The notes below the pieces were generated by a model. The model had not been told where the DNA came from, made no database searches, and worked only from the letters and a program-made list of their open reading frames with translations. The position numbers and the translations under genes were made by a program. This document shows positions 20,197 through 29,679 of a stretch of DNA of 64,000 nucleotides, one piece after another; positions within the stretch are counted from its first letter, which is position 1, and every line of letters starts with the position of its first letter. The DNA comes from a virus. Its lineage: Duplodnaviria; Heunggongvirae; Uroviricota; Caudoviricetes. The stretch is taken from IMG/VR virus record IMGVR_UViG_3300031370_000003. One strand, written 5' to 3'.

Positions 20197-20889
20197 ATGG
20201 CTACTTCAAGAGGTATCAGAAACAACAACCCAGGTAATCTTGACCGCGGTGCGCCGTGGCAAGGTCTGGTGGACAACCCTGCAGAACCGCGGTTCTGCAC
20301 CTTTAAGGACGCTACCTGGGGCATCCGTGCTCTGGCAGTAACGCTCATCACCTACCACGACAAACGTAAAGCGCGCGATGGCTCGCCGATCGATACTGTC
20401 CGTGAAGTGATCGAACGTTGGGCGCCGCCGCATGAGAACGACACCGAGGCTTACATCAATGCGGTGGCCAAGGCAGTCGGCGTCTCTCCTGAGATGATTG
20501 TGGATCTTCACGACTACAGCACCCTACGCCCCTTGGTAGAAGCGATTATTCGCCATGAGAACGGCAAAGGCCCATTAAAGACGGCAAACAGCTGGTACTC
20601 AGTGGAAGCCATCGATGAGGGTCTGCGTCGTGCCGGTGTGGTGCGAGTGGTTAAAGCTGTAAAAGCAGTTCCAGTCACTAAGGAATCTGCTGGCGCAACG
20701 ATTACTGCCGGCATTGGTGTCGCGCAGCTGGTGGACGTAGCACCGCAGATCACACATGCAATGGATAAGGCTCAGGACAATATCTCCAGTGGCGATACCA
20801 TCCGCATCGTGTTCGGTGTTGCCACGGTAGCAATTGCACTTTTCATTGCCTGGTCTCAGGTTCGCAAACACCAGAAGGGGATCGCGTAA
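20197..20889 (+). CDS. lysis-cassette protein of unknown fold with C-terminal TM anchor (endolysin candidate, unproven)
   Basis: 230 aa; N-terminal GIRNNNPGNL motif; C-terminal TM (IVFGVATVAIALFIAW); sits between holin-like and spanin-like genes. No canonical lysozyme/amidase/peptidase motifs recognised by eye. Confidence 0.3.
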   Translation: MATSRGIRNNNPGNLDRGAPWQGLVDNPAEPRFCTFKDATWGIRALAVTLITYHDKRKARDGSPIDTVREVIERWAPPHENDTEAYINAVAKAVGVSPEMIVDLHDYSTLRPLVEAIIRHENGKGPLKTANSWYSVEAIDEGLRRAGVVRVVKAVKAVPVTKESAGATITAGIGVAQLVDVAPQITHAMDKAQDNISSGDTIRIVFGVATVAIALFIAWSQVRKHQKGIA

Positions 20890-21140
20890 TGCTTCTTGGC
20901 CTTTACATTAAGGTCAAGCAGTACCTGTTGACGGCTGCGGCCGTCATCATGGTGCTTGCTGGTGCCTATTACCTCGGTGGCCTGGCTGCTCGCCGGTCAA
21001 TGGAAATCAAAGCAGAGCGTGAAGACAACAAGCGCCTGCAACACACACTGGATGTGAAAAATGACGTTATCAATGCAGTCCGACGCTCGGATGATGCTAC
21101 CGTTGATGCTCAGCTTGCTGCTGATTGGATGCGTGATTAA
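20889..21140 (+). CDS. i-spanin-like (Rz-like) protein
   Basis: 83 aa, N-terminal TM then charged coiled region; ATGA overlap with previous gene; overlapped at its 3' end by a lipoprotein ORF in another frame. Confidence 0.45.
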   Translation: MLLGLYIKVKQYLLTAAAVIMVLAGAYYLGGLAARRSMEIKAEREDNKRLQHTLDVKNDVINAVRRSDDATVDAQLAADWMRD

Positions 21141-21291
21141 GCCACCAGCCCAAGGGGGGCTGTTCTGCGACGCAGCAAACCCCATTTACGTTAGCCATAG
21201 CGATCAGCTAACGCAGGAAACAAAACGTGAGATCCTTTCCCACAACGTTCAAGGCGCTACGTTGTGCCATTGGGAGAAAAAGCCCCGTTAG
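21091..21291 (+). CDS. o-spanin-like (Rz1-like) outer-membrane lipoprotein
   Basis: MMLPLMLSLLLIGC lipobox; Pro-rich (PPAQGG); starts inside the 3' end of the Rz-like gene in a different frame (overlapped spanin architecture). Confidence 0.5.
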   Translation: MMLPLMLSLLLIGCVIKPPAQGGLFCDAANPIYVSHSDQLTQETKREILSHNVQGATLCHWEKKPR

Positions 21292-21536
21292 CGTTGTGCT
21301 TTTGAAGGCGTCTCGCTGGGTCTGGGGACGCCGGTTTTCCTTACCGGCTGTAAGGAACTAATCAACGTTTGGTTGAGTTTAGTGGTTGCCACAAAGCCAT
21401 ATATGACGTAAATTTGTTAGACAGTTGACGAAAGCGTCAACCCAATTTTAAGACCTACGAAGCATCCTCGTAGCCTCTAAATCCCCAGGTTGGGGGTCGC
21501 CGAACACGCTGCATAGCACTCGGCTAAGGTGGAAAC

Positions 21537-21932
21537 ATGCGTAACTCTCTGAACATTAAAGAAGCGAAGCGCTCAATTCAAACCATTCGTGATTGTACGA
21601 GTGTCATCGCTACTCACATCTTCGGTAATTCGAAGCTGCAGGTGCGCACACTCAACAATGAAGCGTTGGCACCTAAAGACCTCAAATTCATCGTTACTTT
21701 TGCTCACGATGTAGAGACAGCTCGAGCCTCGGTAAAACCGCTGGCTGAAGCTCGTTTTCTCGATGGCGAAATTTGCTTTACGGTGAACCCAGCTAAGCAA
21801 TTCCCTGAGATGGCTAACAAAATTTCGTCTTTCTCAGAGGCAATTGAAACTTCTATTCGCGATTTTTTGAGCAAGCATGATAGTATCTTTAGCACCAATT
21901 CTGCTAATGATACTGCTAAATGGTTACACTAA
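21537..21932 (+). CDS. hypothetical protein
   Basis: 131-aa ORF after a 240-nt non-coding stretch. Confidence 0.4.
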   Translation: MRNSLNIKEAKRSIQTIRDCTSVIATHIFGNSKLQVRTLNNEALAPKDLKFIVTFAHDVETARASVKPLAEARFLDGEICFTVNPAKQFPEMANKISSFSEAIETSIRDFLSKHDSIFSTNSANDTAKWLH

Positions 21933-22672
21933 TACCTTCATCGTTTTTCGATAAGAACATAGGTAAGTTTGCTCATGAAGGCGAAATTTGCCTTCTTCGT
22001 TTCGGCTATTTGTTCACTAATGATGCGCTCTACAAGCTATCTCAGTTGGAGTTAATCGAACCCGAAGATGAGATTCATACCTACATAACGATTGAATGTG
22101 TAGGTGCTGCTGACGACGACAAAGCGCGTATCACCAAAACCATCGCAAAAATGGTTGATGATGACGCCTCCGATGAAGAGATTATCAAGCATCTTTTAGA
22201 CTCTGGCTATGTTGATGAATCTAAAAACGTAGATGCCGGCAGAATTGCACTCCGATCCTATTTCTTCATCGATGACGCTGGCCAAGAGGTGGAAGCCCCT
22301 CAAGTCGCTGGCGTTAAAGTTGAGCGACCTTTCCAGCAGCAAGGTCTAAGCAGTCGCGCATATATGTTTATTCTGAATTGGTTTGATCACCTGGTTTGCG
22401 ACGAAGAGCAAACAGTTCCAGGCGCAAAAATCTGGGCTGGTCGTCTTTATGACCAATGCGACGTGCGCATCTATAACGGCAAGGGTCAGGTTTTTGAAGA
22501 TCGCTTGAGCGAACTCGGTGTTGGCGCTAAAGGCTTTCTGCCGTGGAACAAGGGCATGTTGGTAGACCTCAGCGGATGGACACCGAACCAAGTTCAGCAG
22601 AAGGTTCAAAAGTTCATCGTTTTAATCATATCTCGCGACACGTCTCCATCAGTCGGCTACTGTCCAGCCTAA
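21920..22672 (+). CDS. hypothetical protein
   Basis: 250-aa ORF overlapping the previous stop; followed by a strong terminator. Confidence 0.4.
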   Translation: MVTLIPSSFFDKNIGKFAHEGEICLLRFGYLFTNDALYKLSQLELIEPEDEIHTYITIECVGAADDDKARITKTIAKMVDDDASDEEIIKHLLDSGYVDESKNVDAGRIALRSYFFIDDAGQEVEAPQVAGVKVERPFQQQGLSSRAYMFILNWFDHLVCDEEQTVPGAKIWAGRLYDQCDVRIYNGKGQVFEDRLSELGVGAKGFLPWNKGMLVDLSGWTPNQVQQKVQKFIVLIISRDTSPSVGYCPA

Positions 22673-22681
22673 TTCTATATG

Positions 22682-22706
22682 AACCCGCTTCGGCGGGTTT
22701 TTTATT
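22682..22706 (+). terminator. rho-independent terminator
   Basis: ACCCGCTTCGGCGGGT hairpin then TTTTTATT. Confidence 0.75.
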
Positions 22707-22833
22707 CTCAAAATTCAGCTCATTGCCTACAGACTGGCCTTTACACCGTGGCCGCCCCGCATTAGGCTAATAGCCACATAAGAAAACAACTTGTTTTCAC
22801 ATAATTATTATTTCGCATAACAAGGAAACAAAA

Positions 22834-23499
22834 ATGGCTAAGATCATTGTGATTGGCGGCACCAAAGGTGGCCCCGGAAAATCTACGGTTGCGCAGCAGG
22901 TAGCCGGTGCGCTGGTTCTTAAAAAGCAGAAGAAATGTCACCTGACCGACATCGATGGGCAGATGACGACCGCAGGCTGGGCTGAAGAGCGCCGCGAAAA
23001 CGAAGACCTGGCACTTATTCCATTTGAGTTTGTGGATCATGACGTTGTAAAGCACATCAACGCGGTCAGCCAGCGCCATGACTTCGTGGTTATTGACGCC
23101 GGCGGCTTCGACTCCGAAATCCAGCGTCAGGCTATGCAGATGGCCGACATCATCCTTCTTCCGTTCCGCCCGAAGCGTCGTGACATTAAATCACTGCGTA
23201 ATCTCGACCCTGTTCTGGATAACGTGCGGAATACCAATCACAAGGTTCGAATCATTGGGGTGATGAACCAATGTCCATCCCTGCCAAACCAGGCTCAGCG
23301 CATCATTAACGCAAAAGGTGTGATCGAGTCATTTGGTATCGAGCCGGTGCCAGTAAACCTCTACACTCGTAACGTGTACGACGATGCAGAAGAGTCTGGC
23401 CGCACCATCTTTGAAATGACCGGTGCCGATCGCGATGCGAAGGCTGAAGCAGAAATTATCGAGCTGGTGGATTACCTGCTTAACCTGGAGGGTAAATAA
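22834..23499 (+). CDS. parA: ParA-family partition ATPase (small type Ib ParA)
   Basis: Deviant Walker A GGTKGGPGKST at the N-terminus; 221 aa; followed by a small partner ORF with ATGA-type overlap. Confidence 0.85.
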   Translation: MAKIIVIGGTKGGPGKSTVAQQVAGALVLKKQKKCHLTDIDGQMTTAGWAEERRENEDLALIPFEFVDHDVVKHINAVSQRHDFVVIDAGGFDSEIQRQAMQMADIILLPFRPKRRDIKSLRNLDPVLDNVRNTNHKVRIIGVMNQCPSLPNQAQRIINAKGVIESFGIEPVPVNLYTRNVYDDAEESGRTIFEMTGADRDAKAEAEIIELVDYLLNLEGK

Positions 23500-23891
23500 T
23501 GGCGAAGGGTATGGGTGATTTGACTAAGCGTGTAACGCCACCAGCAGCGCCAGAAGCGCAGCAGCAAGAAAGTCAGCCAGTGACACCAGCTGCACCACTT
23601 CGTAACCCCGTGAAGCCCCAGGGGCGTCCTACTCGTGGTAAAAGCAAGATTCAGTCTCGCACCATGTCGATGGAAGATGAGTACATAGAGCTGATTGATA
23701 TGCTGGCCGTCATTCCTCGTTTCGACAAGTTCACACGTTCTGACGTGATCCGCGCAGCCATCTTCCAGCTATCAGAGAAAACCCCGGCTGAAATCGAGGA
23801 AGCCATTAAGCTAAATATTGAAGCGGTTAATGCGAGTGATGTTTCATTCCGTACCGAAGAAATCAAACGTAAGTTGATGGGTAAGAGTTAA
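23499..23891 (+). CDS. small partition partner protein (ParG/ParB-like, RHH-type candidate)
   Basis: 130 aa, basic/Pro-rich N-terminal tail then a short helical C-terminal domain; position directly downstream of parA. Confidence 0.45.
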   Translation: MAKGMGDLTKRVTPPAAPEAQQQESQPVTPAAPLRNPVKPQGRPTRGKSKIQSRTMSMEDEYIELIDMLAVIPRFDKFTRSDVIRAAIFQLSEKTPAEIEEAIKLNIEAVNASDVSFRTEEIKRKLMGKS

Positions 23892-23951
23892 TATAAAATC
23901 TACCTAAAATAATAGTCCTGCGCCTTAAAATATCATAAGGCGCAATACAGA

Positions 23952-24629
23952 GTGCAAAAAGAAATGGGATTTTTCGACCGCTTCAAGAATAAAACAGCAG
24001 TTAAATTAGCTTCAGAAGTTAAAGACGGTAAATTAGTGGCACTAAGCGAGCTTGTAAAAAGGTCTGATGCAGGCGATGTCGATGCTCATTTAGAGTTAGG
24101 TGTACTGTTTGCGACAGGAAACAAAGACCCTTATGTGCCGCTGGATTACACAAAATCATTTCATTATTACACTAAGGCAGCTGTCGAGGGACGTTTGCCT
24201 AACGCCTATTATAATATTGGGATCATGGCCTTGTTGGGACAAGGGGTAACCCAAAACACTACCAATGCGATTGATTACTTTAAAATAGCAGAGCAAGGCG
24301 GCAATCCCAGAGCGGCTTCAAAAATTAAAGCGGCCAAAACTTACATTGCACTAAATGAGCTGTTTGAAGAAATTAAGAAATTAGTTGTTGATCAGCAATA
24401 TATTAACAACATTTACAACTTAATTAATGGGATGGGTATTACTTTCGGCTATAGAGAGAGCATCGAGAATACAATTTCCTTCGCCCAGCTAATAAATTAC
24501 TTTAACCAACAATCGGTAGAGGAAACATTGCACACCATTGCATCTGGTGATGTTGAACAAATCCAAGCCGTCATGCCTTCAATGATTTACTTGTGCAATT
24601 TTGCAGACCGAGAATCTGGAATTTCATAA
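23952..24629 (+). CDS. Sel1-like (TPR-like) repeat protein
   Basis: Repeats of the type A..LG.ly..G.G...d...A..yy.kAA..G...A...lG; lower GC than flanks. Confidence 0.55.
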   Translation: MQKEMGFFDRFKNKTAVKLASEVKDGKLVALSELVKRSDAGDVDAHLELGVLFATGNKDPYVPLDYTKSFHYYTKAAVEGRLPNAYYNIGIMALLGQGVTQNTTNAIDYFKIAEQGGNPRAASKIKAAKTYIALNELFEEIKKLVVDQQYINNIYNLINGMGITFGYRESIENTISFAQLINYFNQQSVEETLHTIASGDVEQIQAVMPSMIYLCNFADRESGIS

Positions 24630-24844
24630 TTAAAAATTGATTCCTTGAAATAATTTGTAAAGTCTTTGATGAGCCTGCTTCTCTATAAAAGATTAAGACC
24701 AGTATATTAAAATATACGGAAGCAGGCTTCTTTCAAGCACCACCACCCAGCCTCATCACCACCAAACTCCCTGCATTCACTGCTTTAAAAAAGATTGGTA
24801 ACTAGCTATCATCCAGCCACGGATAACTAACTGGCTACCTACTA

Positions 24845-25582
24845 ATGGGCGATTTTTTTTACCAATGCTTAGGCAACGACGACCAGTACGGATTCATGGA
24901 AGAGTGGGATTCGGCCGTCATGGATGAGTGGGTCGCTAAGAACATAGGGCTGTCTCGCTGTAAAGGCGAAGCTGACCTCTTCGAGACTAAGTGGTTTGAT
25001 TACCGCGATATGCACCCACTTCAGGCTACAGCTGTCTTTACCGAAGAGTACAAACGCCAGTACGCCAACATCATGCTCACTCACGGTCGCGAAGACTTCC
25101 AGAGCGCGCCTTTCAACATCGGTTTAAAACGTGTTCCGTTTCAGGATCAGTCAGCGGCCAATAAGACATCGCTTTGGAAAGCACGTCAGTTTGCCGATCG
25201 CTACTGCGTCAATTACGGCTACTTCATTGGCACCGTTCTCTCGATAGCCGCATCACGTCTCTGGGATAAGCTGCCACGCCCTCAACATCTTTGGCAACCA
25301 GATCTGATAGAGATCTTCGAAGACAGATTTAAGAAACGCGCGCTCACCCGTCTGGATAGCTCTCTGTGGGGTTCTGGCTCTTCTGGGGTAATTGTGCAAG
25401 GGGGCAACGTCGAAATCCAGCGAGATTACTTTGAGTGGCTTCTCATGCAGATTGAAAATCGTGAGCCATCCCGTCGCGTTCTGATCATCTATTCCGCTGT
25501 TTGGCTGACAGAGCTTCTCCCCGAACACATAGCGCTGCAGCGCTTCCCTAAAGAAACCATGGAAGCACGGTCACTGAATTGA
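24845..25582 (+). CDS. hypothetical protein
   Basis: 245-aa ORF preceded by an AT-rich non-coding region. Confidence 0.4.
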   Translation: MGDFFYQCLGNDDQYGFMEEWDSAVMDEWVAKNIGLSRCKGEADLFETKWFDYRDMHPLQATAVFTEEYKRQYANIMLTHGREDFQSAPFNIGLKRVPFQDQSAANKTSLWKARQFADRYCVNYGYFIGTVLSIAASRLWDKLPRPQHLWQPDLIEIFEDRFKKRALTRLDSSLWGSGSSGVIVQGGNVEIQRDYFEWLLMQIENREPSRRVLIIYSAVWLTELLPEHIALQRFPKETMEARSLN

Positions 25583-25667
25583 TTGCCTTTGCCCACTTAG
25601 TAAACTCAGTAAACAAGTTGTTTAGAACGATGGAAAAGCACATGAACATGAATAAAGAGGTGGCGTA

Positions 25668-27008
25668 ATGACCACCATTTGCCATACCGGACGCCCATTG
25701 TCAGAAGAGTTTGATGATGACTTCCAGAACCGACTAACAGCCTACTACTGCAAGGATCAGGAGTTCCTGATGCGCGCCGGGGATTTGGTTGATCCGAGCC
25801 AGTTTGAAAACGCGGCAAACGCAATATTGGTTAACCTTGTTTCGTCCTACTTCCGCATGTACAAGAGCGCACCATCCAGCACGGCCATTCTCGACCAGCT
25901 GAAGCGCGCGAAGAAAGATAAGACGATCCGCGAAGAGCTATTCCCGGATGTGGTCGGCGCCTTCAAGCGTGTATTGGGTGAGAAATTGACAGACACCAAA
26001 TACATGGTTGACCGCGTGGCCACATTTGCCCGGAGCATAGCTTTCGATGACGCGCTGATCAAAGCCGCCGAGCTGAAAGAGAAGGGTGACTTCGAACGCG
26101 CCATGGAAGTGATGGCCAAGGTGCAGCTGGTGGGTGCGAGTGACACTATCGGCATCTATAACTATCTGGGCGAAGCGGCTGAGCGTTTAAAGCAACGTGA
26201 GTATGAGGCGTCTGAGGATTACGTGCCAAACAGCATCACTACCGGCATACCGTTGTTGGATCGTCTGCTGTATCAGAAAGGCTGGGGGCGTCGTGAGATG
26301 GTTCTCTTCATGGGCTTCGCAAAGTCAGGTAAATCGACGGCCATGGGTGAGTTCTCTATTAACGCGACTTTAAAGGGCTTCAACGTCCTGTACGTCTCGC
26401 TGGAAGTTCACACGGCAATCTTGTCTGACCGTTTCGACGCACGTCTTTCTCAAACCGAAATGACGAAGCTGATCGAGAAGCGTGACGATGTTCATAAGAA
26501 GCTGGCCGACCTGGGCGCCAGTATCGGCGTGGGTAATTTGTGGGTTGTGGAAAGACCGTCTGGCAGCTTGTCACCTGCAGACCTCGACCGCTTGCTGGAA
26601 GGCATGAAATCGAACGGAATGATACCTGACATGGTCGTGGTGGATTACGCCGACCTGATGAAGCCAACACGACGCAGCGGTGATGAACGTGCAGATGTGA
26701 AGAGCATCTATACCGATCTCCGTGCAGTCTTCGACAAACACAACGCCGCTGGCATAACAGCATCCCAGACAAACCGAGAGGGTGGGGCGTCTGAGGTGGC
26801 CACGATGATGCACGCCGCGGATAACATTGAAAAGGTGCGTATCGCTGACCTGGTTATCTCGATCAACAAAACGGAAGAGGAAGCGACGAAGGGTGAAGCG
26901 CGCTTGTACTTTGCAGGCTCTCGTAACCAGAAAGGCAACATCAGCATCCGAGTGAAGCAGAACCTGGAGCAGATGCGGTTTATTCAGGAAATTCTCGACG
27001 TTATCTAA
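25668..27008 (+). CDS. DnaB-like replicative DNA helicase
   Basis: RBS AAAGAGG; Walker A GFAKSGKST; Walker B-like VVVDYADLM; RecA-fold C-terminal domain; DnaB-type N-terminal domain. Confidence 0.85.
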   Translation: MTTICHTGRPLSEEFDDDFQNRLTAYYCKDQEFLMRAGDLVDPSQFENAANAILVNLVSSYFRMYKSAPSSTAILDQLKRAKKDKTIREELFPDVVGAFKRVLGEKLTDTKYMVDRVATFARSIAFDDALIKAAELKEKGDFERAMEVMAKVQLVGASDTIGIYNYLGEAAERLKQREYEASEDYVPNSITTGIPLLDRLLYQKGWGRREMVLFMGFAKSGKSTAMGEFSINATLKGFNVLYVSLEVHTAILSDRFDARLSQTEMTKLIEKRDDVHKKLADLGASIGVGNLWVVERPSGSLSPADLDRLLEGMKSNGMIPDMVVVDYADLMKPTRRSGDERADVKSIYTDLRAVFDKHNAAGITASQTNREGGASEVATMMHAADNIEKVRIADLVISINKTEEEATKGEARLYFAGSRNQKGNISIRVKQNLEQMRFIQEILDVI

Positions 27009-27011
27009 AAA

Positions 27012-27042
27012 ATAAAGGCGTGGCAAAAATCGCCACGCCTCA
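27012..27042. terminator. hairpin / possible bidirectional terminator
   Basis: GGCGTGGCAAAAATCGCCACGCC hairpin; T-tract only on the minus strand. Confidence 0.4.
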
Positions 27043-27176
27043 TTTCCAATTCGAGAAATCAAGTTTCTCGCCCTGTTAAAAACAACAAGGGAAAAACACA
27101 TGAGCGGCCATCATACCCCATCTTCCCTAATACACACAAAATTGCCTTCAAATAATGACCGGAGAGGATTGCTGGC

Positions 27177-28292
27177 ATGAGCGACATTAAAGAGCTTTTG
27201 ACCGAGCTAGACTTTGAGCAGTGGCTCGATACAGAGGGGATCATCTATCGCCGTGGTGGTGTCAGCGCGCGCGGTCGTGAAATAAACATCAAGGAATGCC
27301 CGGTATGCGGCAGCTCCGGTTGGAAGGTGTATTTCAATCTGACCAACAACGTCGGTAAATGCTTTGCTGGTGATCACCCAGAAGAGATCCAATTCAACAA
27401 GCTGGTATTCCTGAAGCATTACAGCGGCAAGTCACGCCGTGCATTTGAGGAATACGTGAACAATGCGCTGCTGGAGCAGGGCTGGGCGCCAAAACGAGAA
27501 GAGATAAAACTGACCAGCGCCGTCGAGCTGGAAGGGCCGGTTTCGTTGCCGCGTCACTATGAGCTTCCGATCGAGGGTCAGCTGCCCACTTATCTGGTAG
27601 AGCGAAATGTAACGTCTGAGCTGGCCAAATATTTCGACCTTCGATACTGCATAGAGGGCAAACATGCTTATGTGGATGTCTACAACGACCAGGTTCGTGG
27701 CCAAGATTTCGGTATGCGTATTCTGATTCCAATTTACGACCTCGATGGCGTGATGAAAACCTTCCAGGGGCGTGACGTTACTGGAACTGCGGAGCGCCGC
27801 TATCTCTTCCCCATGACGTTGCCGGCTTCAGGTAAGTTTCTCTATAACGGCCACAACGCAGTGGGTAAGCAAACTGTCGTAGTGAGCGAGGGCGCATTTG
27901 ACGTTATTGGCATCAAGCGAGCGCTGTTCGATGAGCCAACGTTGCGGGATTACGTTGAGCCAATCGGGACGTTTGGTATGCACTTGTCTGGCGTAACGAC
28001 GCAGGACGAAGAGGATCAGTTAGGTGCATTCCTGACGCTAAAAGCGAAGGGGCTGAAGAACGTCGTAATGATGTGGGACAGCGAGAAGCAGGCAATCAGA
28101 AACACAATGGCCGCCGCGCGTAAGCTGGTGGGGATCGGACTTAACGTGAAGATAGCCTGTTTGGGCAAAGAGGGCATTGACCCGGGCGACGCATCTGTTG
28201 AGGAAATCATCAAAGCCTACTTCCGAGCGAAGACCTACACTCGCCAGCTTGAGTTAATGGCAAAGGTAAAAGGAATAGCGGCTTTGGTCTGA
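27177..28292 (+). CDS. DNA primase (DnaG/T7 gp4-like zinc-binding plus TOPRIM)
   Basis: Zinc ribbon CPVCGSS...GKCFAGDHP; TOPRIM-like acidic motifs (VVVSEGAFD, MMWDSE); RBS GGAGAGG. Confidence 0.7.
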   Translation: MSDIKELLTELDFEQWLDTEGIIYRRGGVSARGREINIKECPVCGSSGWKVYFNLTNNVGKCFAGDHPEEIQFNKLVFLKHYSGKSRRAFEEYVNNALLEQGWAPKREEIKLTSAVELEGPVSLPRHYELPIEGQLPTYLVERNVTSELAKYFDLRYCIEGKHAYVDVYNDQVRGQDFGMRILIPIYDLDGVMKTFQGRDVTGTAERRYLFPMTLPASGKFLYNGHNAVGKQTVVVSEGAFDVIGIKRALFDEPTLRDYVEPIGTFGMHLSGVTTQDEEDQLGAFLTLKAKGLKNVVMMWDSEKQAIRNTMAAARKLVGIGLNVKIACLGKEGIDPGDASVEEIIKAYFRAKTYTRQLELMAKVKGIAALV

Positions 28293-28357
28293 CCTAAGAA
28301 AATAAGTAGCTAACTACCAATCATTAATTATAATGGCGACCAAAGTCTATAAGAGAG

Positions 28358-29140
28358 ATGAAGATGCACCCGAATATCACTCATGAAATCACAAAGCTGG
28401 TTAGAGACTCAAAGCTGCCGCTGAGCGAAGAAGAGTTCGACTCGGTTGTTGTCCAGGCTATTCAGGCTGGAGCTGACAGAATCGCGACCGCAGAGGCTGG
28501 CAAGTTACTGCTGGCCGAGTACCCGTATTTGACGGTCACCATGGTTGTTGGCGATGTTCGCCCAAGCGTAAGTAACGAAGCGCCTCGATGCGCGGCGATC
28601 GTCAGCTTTATCAGCCGAATGGGAGATTCGCCTGTCACCCATACAGCTGCTTATTACAACGGCTACATTGTCCAGACCCAGACCGTTCTTGAAGAGCTGC
28701 ACCGTGACAACTTGTGGAATTTCGTTGAGTTCATGGATGAAAAATGCGAAAGCGTGGAGTCCTCTTCGGCCATAAAAGAACTCTGGGCAACGAGTTTGGT
28801 TGGCGACGATAACACTGCAAATATGAGTGTCCCGGAAGGCATGGTTGACCTGGTTCTTGAAGGGCGAGGAACCGCCACCAAAGCGGCTAATGAGAAGAAC
28901 TTCCCAGCGTTAATGAAATTGACCGGTGGCGAGCGTCGCAAGCAGGACATTATCAATGCCTGCAGTTCAGCCTGCGATGGCGTCATGGGAGAGTATGAAC
29001 GTCGCCTGGTGAAGATGTCGAACGAAATGCCTATGTTGATGCAGGAAGCCAAATCATACGCTCTGCACACCGCTGAAGAGCTTCTGAAGCCTTTCCGTGA
29101 CCGACAACACGCCGTCATGTCTGGCTGGGGAAGCTGGTAG
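28358..29140 (+). CDS. hypothetical protein
   Basis: 260-aa ORF; RBS AGAGAGATGAAG; followed by a terminator. Confidence 0.45.
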   Translation: MKMHPNITHEITKLVRDSKLPLSEEEFDSVVVQAIQAGADRIATAEAGKLLLAEYPYLTVTMVVGDVRPSVSNEAPRCAAIVSFISRMGDSPVTHTAAYYNGYIVQTQTVLEELHRDNLWNFVEFMDEKCESVESSSAIKELWATSLVGDDNTANMSVPEGMVDLVLEGRGTATKAANEKNFPALMKLTGGERRKQDIINACSSACDGVMGEYERRLVKMSNEMPMLMQEAKSYALHTAEELLKPFRDRQHAVMSGWGSW

Positions 29141-29156
29141 CCTGACAAAAACGCTA

Positions 29157-29180
29157 TAGCCCCGTATGGGGCTTTTTTAT
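29157..29180 (+). terminator. rho-independent terminator
   Basis: AGCCCCGTATGGGGCT then TTTTTTAT. Confidence 0.75.
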
Positions 29181-29220
29181 AATTGCATTAATAAGTGATT
29201 AGCTATTTTGGTGATACAGA

Positions 29221-29679
29221 ATGACAGTTTTAAAGACCGACTTTTCGAAGATTCCATCCATATCGGGCAACAACATGTTCAGCCTGAAGTGCGAGGAAGT
29301 GCTGATCCGCAAGGAACCAACAAGAGCGAGCTACACGGTCTGCCAGCACACGATTCTGGCATTCAAAGAGGGTCGGCTGCCGCCCGGCTCATTCAGTGAA
29401 TGTGTAACGGCTATCAGCGGCGGCAAATGCAAAGCGCTGAAGATGATGGTCGAGGAAGTTCGTGCCGGTGAATCACTCTATTTCGAAGACTACGGTGCTT
29501 TGGTTGCTGAAGTTGCAGCCCGTAACAGTCAGAGCAGTTTCGGTGGCCAGCGCAAGACCAAATCCGCGATGTCACTTCTGCCGTCGCGTAAATCAAAAGC
29601 AGAAGACACAACAAAAAAGGGCGAGTTCGAGGCCATTACTGACCTTCACTCAGCCTTAGTGCAAGAGGAAAACACATGA
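29221..29679 (+). CDS. hypothetical protein
   Basis: 152-aa ORF. Confidence 0.4.
   Translation: MTVLKTDFSKIPSISGNNMFSLKCEEVLIRKEPTRASYTVCQHTILAFKEGRLPPGSFSECVTAISGGKCKALKMMVEEVRAGESLYFEDYGALVAEVAARNSQSSFGGQRKTKSAMSLLPSRKSKAEDTTKKGEFEAITDLHSALVQEENT

Noticed and set aside
21300-21536. Possible tRNA or small RNA gene in the 240-nt gap after the lysis cassette
   Set aside because: Several hairpins (GGCGTCTCGCTGGGTCTGGGGACGCC, TTGACGaaagCGTCAA, CTACGAagcatcCTCGTAG), but I could not fold a cloverleaf with anticodon stem or T-loop GTTC motif. More likely a terminator/promoter region
26380-27101. Minus-strand ORFs (130 aa, 176 aa) inside the helicase gene
   Set aside because: Antisense to a gene with clear Walker motifs; Arg/Cys/His-rich spurious translations
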